This document shows positions 1-6,504 of a stretch of 13,669 bases of DNA, piece after piece. This DNA comes from Sulfolobus ellipsoid virus 1 and six more viruses of crenarchaea. Each line of letters begins with the position of its first letter. Within the stretch, counting starts at the first letter, position 1. The translations under genes and the position numbers were made by a program. The notes beneath the pieces were generated by a model that saw only the letters and a list, made by a program, of their open reading frames with translations, made no database searches and was not told the DNA's origin. The stretch covers positions 1 to 13,669 of IMG/VR virus record IMGVR_UViG_2974636107_000001, one strand, 5' to 3'.

Positions 1-58
1 TGTGTGATGTGAGCGATACATTCACACAGAACAGCTATGACCATGATTACCAATTCCC
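1..58 (+). other. Cloning-vector remnant: lac operator, M13 reverse-primer site, lacZ-alpha start and EcoRI/half-SmaI (pUC8/M13mp8-type)
   Basis: 31-50 ACAGCTATGACCATGATTAC matches the lacZ-alpha 5' end of pUC/M13. 1-30 reads as TGTGTGGAATTGTGAGCGGATAACAATTTCACACAGGAA with base runs collapsed. 51-58 CAATTCCC resembles GAATTCCC|GGG (blunt SmaI cloning). Confidence 0.93.
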
Positions 59-59
59 A

Positions 60-314
60 GAATGTTTAAGTGAAATCGAAGCCACAAGAAAGGGATATAA
101 GGAGTTCGTAGAATGCGTATGCGAACAGTTACTGGAGAAGATAGCTGAAGAGTATTGCAAAGGTATGGGTGTGATTGGAAGTCAAATGGAAGAGTGCAAG
201 GATAAGTATATTGAGACTCATAGGCACGTATTTCCTTGTGAGGACGTTGTGAGACAATGGTTAGTAGAGATGGGAGAGAAGCTGAAGGGCCATGGTAGAC
301 TTTCCAGACATTGA
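60..314 (+). CDS. 5'-truncated hypothetical protein (viral part of the 9..314 ORF), Cys/Glu-rich
   Basis: Frame is open from the vector junction to TGA at 314 and overlaps the next gene. The first 17 codons of the ORF-track protein derive from vector. Confidence 0.6.
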   Translation, partial: ECLSEIEATRKGYKEFVECVCEQLLEKIAEEYCKGMGVIGSQMEECKDKYIETHRHVFPCEDVVRQWLVEMGEKLKGHGRLSRH

Positions 315-489
315 GGTTGAAAGTATACCTGAGGAGATTATGGAAGAGGTAGGCGAATATATCGATATCTTCATTCAACTAACTGAAATTGCTGAGATGG
401 AAAGAGACGTTATCGTGGAGGAACAATTGAAAGATGAAGCAAAACAATTCGAAGAATATGAAGATTTCTGGTTTGACGTATACACATGA
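292..489 (+). CDS. Small, very acidic hypothetical protein (65 aa)
   Basis: ATG start and ATGA overlap with the next ORF. 23 D/E versus 3 K/R. Confidence 0.75.
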   Translation: MVDFPDIEVESIPEEIMEEVGEYIDIFIQLTEIAEMERDVIVEEQLKDEAKQFEEYEDFWFDVYT

Positions 490-869
490 CGAGATACAAT
501 TACATTAGGAATCTAAGAATAATCAGAGGAGAGGAAATCAAAGTAGGTGTGAGTAGCGATAGAATTCCAATGATAGAGATTGAGCCAGGACACAATGACC
601 CAGAAAGAATGTGTGTAATGTTCACGGCTATGGAATATAGTCATATACCATATCAAGCAGATAATCTAGACGAAGTATATGACTCATGTAAAATTTTGAC
701 AAGCAAGATTACTACTTACATAAATGTAGCAATAGGATTTGGCAAGAATTTGGGGCTCAAATTAAGCGAGATGATGTTGGTGACTAGAGATAAGTCGAAA
801 AGAGAATTCAAAGTTGGATTAGAATTGGGAATAAAATATGCATATAATTGGACCTGTAAGTTTCAGTAG
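486..869 (+). CDS. Hypothetical protein (127 aa)
   Basis: ATGA-coupled to the upstream ORF, same strand as all other genes. Confidence 0.75.
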   Translation: MTRYNYIRNLRIIRGEEIKVGVSSDRIPMIEIEPGHNDPERMCVMFTAMEYSHIPYQADNLDEVYDSCKILTSKITTYINVAIGFGKNLGLKLSEMMLVTRDKSKREFKVGLELGIKYAYNWTCKFQ

Positions 870-1011
870 GACGGTATTCCTAGATTTCTACAATTATTTA
901 TTACAAAGTGGTCTTTATGAAACGCTAAGAATAGATAGAAAGTACATTGAATATACATTGAAAAATAAATATGCTACACTAAGATTATATGGCAAGTACG
1001 TTCACACATGA
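838..1011 (+). CDS. Hypothetical protein (57 aa, [57 protein letters not shown]), not in ORF track
   Basis: ATG at 838 with GGGA upstream, TGA at 1009-1011. Exactly fills the gap between 486..869 and 989..1180. Confidence 0.6.
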
Positions 1012-1180
1012 CGTAATAGTAATGGAATGTTATGAGGAGGCATTAGCTGTAATGAGGTGTGAGGTGGCATATGACAGAGTGTTGACTAAATGGATGGAAC
1101 CAAGCTTACCGTTGTTGAGACTTGATAATGAAATTATAAAGCCTTATATGAAAGTAAAATACGTGTATAAACAATTATGA
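989..1180 (+). CDS. Hypothetical protein (63 aa)
   Basis: ORF track entry, in the operon-like run. Its stop overlaps ATG 1177. Confidence 0.65.
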
Positions 1181-1534
1181 TGAGCAGAATAGACAAAGAA
1201 GTAAAGAAAATAATGCAAATATATAGAGGCACTGAAGGCTCAGTGCAATGATAATGACCTAGAATGTTGGCTTAAGAAGGCGGTAATTATGGCAGAGCTG
1301 AATAAGGCTATCGACAAGCTGACATATAAATTGGCAATGAATTACCCATATACGGCAGACATTGCTGAAAAGCTGATAGAATTAGGATTAATTAGACAGG
1401 AGAAGTGGCTGAAGGCAATTAATGACACAAAGAGGTTTAAAGATAAGATATTGGACAAGCGTAATTCTAACAATAAAATAGAAAAATCAGAGAATACAGG
1501 AGAGAATCATGATAATAATCAAGACCAAAAATAG
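1177..1534 (+). CDS. Helical hypothetical protein (~118 aa) interrupted by a +1 frameshift near 1214-1226 (ORF track shows only 1289..1534)
   Basis: ATGA-coupled start at 1177 ([15 protein letters not shown]) stops at 1251. The 1289 frame is open from 1214 ([28 protein letters not shown]...). Confidence 0.6.
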
Positions 1535-1850
1535 AGAATATACGATAGATGAGAATAAGGAGATAAATTCCATAAGTGCAGCTGATACTATATGTCCATA
1601 TCGTGCATATCGGTCGTATCATAGAAAAATCCCAATAAAAATCGACGATTGTAAAGAGGCGAGAAAGATAGCTGGGAGCATGACGCATTACGTCATATTG
1701 CGACAGCTAAAGGAGCAGGGATGTGAGACGGAAAAGATAGTTGACCCAGAGCTGAAGTTTAGAGCTGATGCTATATGTGATGGGGACGCATTGTTGAGAT
1801 TAAGACAAACTTCAATCGGGACTGGCATGCGCTTAATAAGTGGCAATTGA
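1509..1850 (+). CDS. TP1: N-terminal part of a Cas4-family nuclease, described as TTV1 nucleocapsid protein TP1 (113 aa)
   Basis: GGAG SD upstream. Contains the first Fe-S Cys (ICPYRAY), GxxxH (GSMTHY) and motif II (RADAICDG). Length and sequence match my recollection of TTV1 TP1. Confidence 0.85.
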   Translation: MIIIKTKNREYTIDENKEINSISAADTICPYRAYRSYHRKIPIKIDDCKEARKIAGSMTHYVILRQLKEQGCETEKIVDPELKFRADAICDGDALLRLRQTSIGTGMRLISGN

Positions 1851-2077
1851 AAGTGTATATAGCGCTGGCAGGTGCTGAGAGAGGACACCTAATATACATT
1901 AACAATGGCATAAGGACGACAATACAAATGGACGAAGAGGAGCGAGTAAAAATTACTGAGTATGTTAGAAATCTGATAAGACGAATAAAAAATGGAGAAG
2001 CTGTGGAGGAGAGGAATAGAGGAATATGGTGTAACATATGCGAATTTAAAGCTGAATGTAATCATAAATTGCTATGA
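1781..2077 (+). CDS. cas4: C-terminal part of the Cas4-family nuclease in the -1 frame (ORF track calls 1847..2077)
   Basis: Frame open from 1781: GRIVEIKT (ExK), WQLKVY (QxxxY), [10 protein letters not shown] (CxxC-x5-C of the Fe-S cluster). Confidence 0.9.
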
Positions 2078-2286
2078 AGGCGAAAGAAGTCATAGAGATA
2101 CTGGAAATCATAATATACATTGTAGTAGTGCCAAGCCTTATAGTTTATTATGTTTCACATAATACGGTATATGTAGCAATAACGGTAACATTAACATTGA
2201 ATTTAGCAAGGAAGACTTATAGTACAAAGAAAAAGATTGAAAAAATGATGAAGAAAGTAGAAAAGGCGCTCGAGTTTTTCTCATGA
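2074..2286 (+). CDS. Small membrane protein (70 aa): two hydrophobic segments and a basic amphipathic C-terminus
   Basis: ATGA overlaps at both ends. Hydrophobic IIIYIVVVPSLIVYY and VYVAITVTLTL, then KKKIEKMMKKVEKALEFFS. Confidence 0.75.
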   Translation: MKAKEVIEILEIIIYIVVVPSLIVYYVSHNTVYVAITVTLTLNLARKTYSTKKKIEKMMKKVEKALEFFS

Positions 2287-2671
2287 GGGTATACACAATT
2301 AGGGATGACAGAATAGTATACCTAGGAGAATATGAGCTAGTGCCAATGCCCAAGCTGGAAGACGATATTGCGGCCATTAAAGGAAGCATAATAGCGTATG
2401 TGTTAAATAGTAATTATTCAAGTTTCATTGGTGCACTGAAGGATACAAAAGAAATGGAGTTAATTGAAAATTTAGCATATGAATTACACCAGAATATAGA
2501 CAGGACACCGACACTCACACGATACTATTATTTACTCATGAAAGTCTATGGGATGCATGGTTCAATCTTGTCTCAATTTTAACTTACATAAGTTTCGAAA
2601 TAGAAGATATAAACAATTTAATTTATGGATTTGGAAAGACGACCGTAATGCAGAAGCTCATAGGAAAGTAA
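2283..2671 (+). CDS. Hypothetical protein (~129 aa) with a probable -1 frameshift between 2483 and 2582
   Basis: ORF 2283..2582. A second frame is open 2483-2671 (..THESLWDAWFNLVSILTYISFEIEDINNLIYGFGKTTVMQKLIGK*), has no start until 2648 and ends just before the capsid promoter. Confidence 0.6.
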
Positions 2672-2673
2672 AT

Positions 2674-2688
2674 GAAAAAGTTTATAAA
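2674..2688 (+). promoter_or_regulatory. BRE + TATA promoter of the major capsid operon
   Basis: GAAAAAG-TTTATAAA, with ATG 2708 20 nt downstream (leaderless spacing). Confidence 0.75.
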
Positions 2689-2707
2689 TAGATTGTTACT
2701 TATGCTT

Positions 2708-3076
2708 ATGTCAGTAGTTGTTGGAAGAATTGCTGGAGCTAATGAGTTGGAAATGCGGTACCAAGCTGGGATTGAGGTTAAACGTGATGTTCAAGTCAAA
2801 AGAGTTGAGAGAAAGATATCGTATAGAGCGCCTAGAATAGAGGACGCAATAGCGTTGAACATATATGTTGAGGATAAGATTAGTGGAATTAAGCCGTATA
2901 TACCTGGTCTAACGGGATTGGTAAGAAAGGCGATTAAAATAGCATATCGTGATGGGGTTGACAGTGCAATGAATATATTTAAGTCATATGATACCGCAAT
3001 ACAGAATGAAATAAGGAAAATAATCGAAGAGGGTCTAAAAATGTATGAAAAAATAAGGAGTGAGGGTAGGCCATGA
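2708..3076 (+). CDS. Major capsid protein 1 homolog (PFV VP1/MCP1-like, SIRV2-fold family), 122 aa from MSVVVGR
   Basis: Basic helical protein behind a strong promoter and coupled to MCP2. MSVV..R...A..L......GIE and PYIPGLTGLVRK resemble my recollection of Pyrobaculum filamentous virus MCP1. The ORF-track start (2672) lies upstream of the TATA box. Confidence 0.7.
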   Translation: MSVVVGRIAGANELEMRYQAGIEVKRDVQVKRVERKISYRAPRIEDAIALNIYVEDKISGIKPYIPGLTGLVRKAIKIAYRDGVDSAMNIFKSYDTAIQNEIRKIIEEGLKMYEKIRSEGRP

Positions 3077-3498
3077 GCTCCCCTATAATTAGTAATTATC
3101 TTGAGGGAATTCGCGATAATAAATATCTGCAACGGATAGAATGGGAAATACAGGTAGCTCAGAGCGGATTCAGAGCTATTCCAATTACTGAGAGATGGTG
3201 GGGTGAGGCATCATATTATATAGACCTAGCCAACAAGATAAAGGCTTTGCCCGAATTGAGCAATGTTAAGACTAAGCCGATTGGATATGCGTTGGCCGCG
3301 GCGAGATACGTTAAACACAACAACTTCGGCATGGCCGAGATATACCTTGATAGATTTGAGTCTGCGCTTGTCCGTAGCGGACTGTCGAGAGATATGGCGA
3401 GAAGGGTTAGAGAGCATGTGGCAAAAATGATAGGGCTTGGTGGTGGAGGCGGTGGTGGAGGAGGCGGTGGAGGCGGTGGTGGAGTAAGTTTGCCTTAA
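3073..3498 (+). CDS. TP2: Major capsid/nucleocapsid protein 2 (probably TP2), 141 aa with C-terminal poly-Gly tail
   Basis: ATGA-coupled to MCP1. Basic helical protein ending in Gly15-VSLP, as I recall for tristromavirus MCP2. Confidence 0.75.
   Translation: MSSPIISNYLEGIRDNKYLQRIEWEIQVAQSGFRAIPITERWWGEASYYIDLANKIKALPELSNVKTKPIGYALAAARYVKHNNFGMAEIYLDRFESALVRSGLSRDMARRVREHVAKMIGLGGGGGGGGGGGGGGGVSLP
3439..3483 (+). repeat. (GGN)15 poly-glycine coding tract
   Basis: ggt/gga/ggc codons, 45 nt, in frame. Confidence 0.95.
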
Positions 3499-3508
3499 TA
3501 GATAGAGT

Positions 3509-3940
3509 ATGAAGTATAAATTCGCAATAGGTTTTTTTATTAGTCCTTCGGAGTTTCTATTATATAATGACTATAAGAAGATAAGGACTATATACAATAC
3601 AGTTAGAGTAGGAGGAATAGATAGAGAAGTGAGAGTAGGTATAGCGCACTTTATGGAGGGTGAATATAGAATATACATAGAAGGTATACCGATAACAGTC
3701 TATAGAGGAGATAAGACAAGTGCAAGCATATATATGAGCTGGGGTAACTGGATATCGATGTATAATTTATCTTTAGAAAGATTCCTGTGGGCATATAATG
3801 CAAAAGCGATAGTTATTAGACCAACAGGATTCAAAAGAGGAGAAGGATGCCTTAGACGAGTATTAGATGAGATAGATGCTGGAGTATATTCTGGTGGGAG
3901 ATTATTGAAACCTACAATTGTACAATTGAGAGAAGAGTGA
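3509..3940 (+). CDS. Hypothetical protein (143 aa)
   Basis: ORF track entry. Stop overlaps GTG 3937. Confidence 0.75.
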   Translation: MKYKFAIGFFISPSEFLLYNDYKKIRTIYNTVRVGGIDREVRVGIAHFMEGEYRIYIEGIPITVYRGDKTSASIYMSWGNWISMYNLSLERFLWAYNAKAIVIRPTGFKRGEGCLRRVLDEIDAGVYSGGRLLKPTIVQLREE

Positions 3941-4044
3941 ATACATTGTTTGACCCAGTTGAAGTAGACATAATGGCCCAGTATATGGCCATTTATATTA
4001 TGAGCAAAAGAGATAAAGAGTTGATGAGTGCGTTAATGCTATGA
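3937..4044 (+). CDS. Small hypothetical protein (35 aa, MNTLFDPVEVDIMAQYMAIYIMSKRDKELMSALML)
   Basis: GTGA overlap at the 5' end and ATGA overlap at the 3' end. Exactly fills the gap. Confidence 0.6.
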   Translation: MNTLFDPVEVDIMAQYMAIYIMSKRDKELMSALML

Positions 4045-4460
4045 AAGTACTTAGGTTAGGATTCACCGATAAATATATCGAGAAGCAGGAGCCTATCGAT
4101 GTAGTATTCGATAAGTACCAGCCGCTTGGATATGTAGCTGTAGTTGAATTACCTTCGAGGATACCGTGGATAATCGAGATTCAGAGGAGGGAATGGATAG
4201 AAAGGTTCATAACAATGCCGCGTGACATATTTAGAGAATTATCATTTGACATAATTATACTGAGGAGAAAGCTGGAGCCTACTCCTCAATATCGTATGAT
4301 AAGGGATATAGTGTCAGATTTAAGACAGTCAAGAGGATATGCGAGCGGGATGGTGATACTGCCTAATGGACTAACATATGATGGGGACCTGCTTGAAGGT
4401 ATAGAAGTTATGGAAGGAGTTGATGTAATAGCCTATACGTTGGGTCTAATCGATTTCTAA
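4041..4460 (+). CDS. Hypothetical protein (139 aa)
   Basis: ORF track entry, translationally coupled to the upstream ORF. Confidence 0.75.
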   Translation: MKVLRLGFTDKYIEKQEPIDVVFDKYQPLGYVAVVELPSRIPWIIEIQRREWIERFITMPRDIFRELSFDIIILRRKLEPTPQYRMIRDIVSDLRQSRGYASGMVILPNGLTYDGDLLEGIEVMEGVDVIAYTLGLIDF

Positions 4461-4463
4461 CAG

Positions 4464-4478
4464 ATAAGTATATTAATA
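4464..4478 (+). promoter_or_regulatory. Putative BRE/TATA promoter
   Basis: ATAAGTATATTAATA about 18-20 nt before ATG 4496. Confidence 0.5.
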
Positions 4479-4495
4479 CCTAATCATTTTCTCTC

Positions 4496-4936
4496 ATGAT
4501 TACAAGTAACATTACAACTAATGCTATAAATCAAGTAGACCCGAAAGCGGTACAAACAGGGTTAAAGATTTTTAGAATACTGAAAAAGATAAGGGAAGGA
4601 CAAGTTGATGTTAATGAAATAGATAGTTTACCATTTGCTAAAGAATTCTATATAAAAACGGGACGATCATTAGGTAAGCTTATACAGGATATGATGGGCA
4701 GTGACCCAGATAAGGCACTCGAGTTATTTTTAGGAGCATTTATGCGTGGAGAGGAATTGAATAAGGCGATTCAATTCCATAAGGAGCTAATAGCTGAGTT
4801 ATCAAAAGAAGATGGGGCGGATTTATGTACTAAGGTAAATAGAGTATTAGAGAAGTACGGCTCGAGAATAGATTGTGAAAATGCAGAAATGTCGGTAGAA
4901 ATGGCGGAAAGACTTGTTAGGGAAATAATTGAATGA
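4496..4936 (+). CDS. Helical hypothetical protein (146 aa)
   Basis: ORF track entry with a promoter upstream. Confidence 0.75.
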   Translation: MITSNITTNAINQVDPKAVQTGLKIFRILKKIREGQVDVNEIDSLPFAKEFYIKTGRSLGKLIQDMMGSDPDKALELFLGAFMRGEELNKAIQFHKELIAELSKEDGADLCTKVNRVLEKYGSRIDCENAEMSVEMAERLVREIIE

Positions 4937-5016
4937 TGAAGGTTAAATTTAAGGAAAAGATATACTTTATACCGCCATTTAGGGAGAAAGATTTAAATAC
5001 CATGGATAGTAATTAG
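4933..5016 (+). CDS. Possible 27-aa peptide (MMKVKFKEKIYFIPPFREKDLNTMDSN)
   Basis: ATGA overlap with the upstream stop, but it overlaps the TP3 promoter. Confidence 0.3.
   Translation: MMKVKFKEKIYFIPPFREKDLNTMDSN
4985..4999 (+). promoter_or_regulatory. BRE + TATA promoter of TP3
   Basis: AGAAAGA-TTTAAATA, with ATG 5021 about 22 nt downstream. Confidence 0.7.
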
Positions 5017-5020
5017 GACA

Positions 5021-5503
5021 ATGGTTGAGATTAAACTAGTTAATAAGGAAATAATAAAGTTTGGATTGGCACTTGGAATTGTGAATGAGCTTAATGAATA
5101 CCTATACGCGGCAATGCCTCCAATGTATGACATATTATCTAAATTGTACGGATATGGAAGGACTGTAAATGCAATGCTGTATAGTGTGCTGTTTAATTTA
5201 CTCGAATCGAGGATTGATACACTGAGAAGACTTGACCTTAGTAAGTTCTTTGCTGTGGTAGCATATATGGATGCTGTTAAAGATACCGTTGAGCTTGCAA
5301 TAAATGGATATGCATATGTTACGACTTCTGGATTTACAGTGTATCCTGCATCACAGATTACAGGAACGTATGAGAGCGACTTCAGTCAAGCTAAGGCAGT
5401 ACCCGCAAATACTACAGCAACACAGGTGTGGTTTGCACCCAAGAAGTTTGCTTTGATTACACAGAATAAGATATATACATTCCTAGCTCCTTATTGGTTC
5501 TAA
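5021..5503 (+). CDS. TP3: Envelope/matrix structural protein TP3 (160 aa, PFV VP3-like)
   Basis: Hydrophobic helical protein with its own strong promoter. Length matches my recollection of TTV1 TP3. Confidence 0.7.
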   Translation: MVEIKLVNKEIIKFGLALGIVNELNEYLYAAMPPMYDILSKLYGYGRTVNAMLYSVLFNLLESRIDTLRRLDLSKFFAVVAYMDAVKDTVELAINGYAYVTTSGFTVYPASQITGTYESDFSQAKAVPANTTATQVWFAPKKFALITQNKIYTFLAPYWF

Positions 5504-5542
5504 ACTAAACTAAAGCTTATTAGCAATTCAATACTTTTAGAT

Positions 5543-5815
5543 ATGAACATAGTTAGACATAGGGGTATTGTGTATTGTGATGCAGACTTTATCATATCTC
5601 ATAGAGGGGAGGCTATAAAGGATGTTGTAGGTAGATATCCAGTATTATGTTGTTATAATGATGTATGTTATGACCCTGAAAGGGAAGGAGTATACGATGA
5701 ATCGAATATACATGAGCTTAGAACTATAAAGTTGAACGACTTAGATATAAATAGATATCCTATAACTAGAGGACTATTATTTTTAACAAATCAAATAGTA
5801 AACGCATGGATGTAG
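5543..5815 (+). CDS. Hypothetical Cys-containing protein (90 aa)
   Basis: ORF track entry. AAAGCTTATTA promoter-like element at about 5512-5522. Confidence 0.7.
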   Translation: MNIVRHRGIVYCDADFIISHRGEAIKDVVGRYPVLCCYNDVCYDPEREGVYDESNIHELRTIKLNDLDINRYPITRGLLFLTNQIVNAWM

Positions 5816-6504
5816 CAGTAGTTATACTGTATAGCAGAGATGATGCATTAGACTTACTATATAGAACTTTACATTATTGGTGGAAGAGAAGTGATGGGCT
5901 ACGGGGACAGATATACGTGGTGTCGAATACAAATGTACTACTACCTAGATATGCTAAACTAATACAGCAGAAGAGGAAAGGTGTAGGGGGAGCTAGATGT
6001 GATGCAATAGAATCGACGTCTGAGGATTACATAATATTCTCAGATGGACATGTAACACCACCTCGAGAGATATCGAAGATGTTAGTTGAACCGTGGTCAA
6101 GTGTGCCTATAAATCATATAATATTACCATTTGGTACATCGGGAAGAGTAGCTTATTCATTACCATTTATGCCAGATGAAAGACAATTTTTATGGTGTTC
6201 ATGTAGTAAATATAAAGAAGAGATAACGACAACAGGAGAACCCATTGTAGCTATGAGTAGGAAGTACATATCTATGAGCAAATGCTATACAAGCTATGGA
6301 CTTGACTTGTTTCAATTTACGTTGAGAATGCCTCCAGGACAGTTAATCGGCGATGAGGGGATTCATTTTATAGAGGCAAAAAAGCTTATAAGCAATAGGA
6401 AGCCAAATAAAGATGAGATGAAGGACTTCTACGACACGATATACATAAAAAGGAAAAGTGAAATAGAGGAAGAGATAAAGGAGTGCTTCTGTAGGGCACT
6501 ATGA
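5806..6504 (+). CDS. GT-A fold glycosyltransferase (GT2-like, DxH motif)
   Basis: N-terminal VAVVIL strand, GVGGARCDAI (GxxxARN-like), YIIFSDGH metal motif and YGLDLFQF acceptor-region motif. Confidence 0.85.
   Translation: MDVAVVILYSRDDALDLLYRTLHYWWKRSDGLRGQIYVVSNTNVLLPRYAKLIQQKRKGVGGARCDAIESTSEDYIIFSDGHVTPPREISKMLVEPWSSVPINHIILPFGTSGRVAYSLPFMPDERQFLWCSCSKYKEEITTTGEPIVAMSRKYISMSKCYTSYGLDLFQFTLRMPPGQLIGDEGIHFIEAKKLISNRKPNKDEMKDFYDTIYIKRKSEIEEEIKECFCRAL

Noticed and set aside
1-60. Inverted terminal repeat or origin
   Set aside because: The left end is vector and the right end stops at a ClaI site inside a gene, so neither terminus is present.
1775-1800. Classical programmed -1 ribosomal frameshift signal in cas4
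   Set aside because: T GGG GAC is not an X XXY YYZ heptamer and I saw no clear downstream hairpin. Recoding is unproven, not excluded.
2672-2707. ORF-track start MKKFINRLLLML as a signal peptide
   Set aside because: These codons overlap the BRE/TATA box. The leaderless start at 2708 fits promoter spacing and the recalled homolog N-terminus.
3531-3540. T7 tract as terminator of the capsid operon
   Set aside because: It lies inside the next CDS, and T-runs are common in this AT-rich DNA. It cannot be supported without transcript data.
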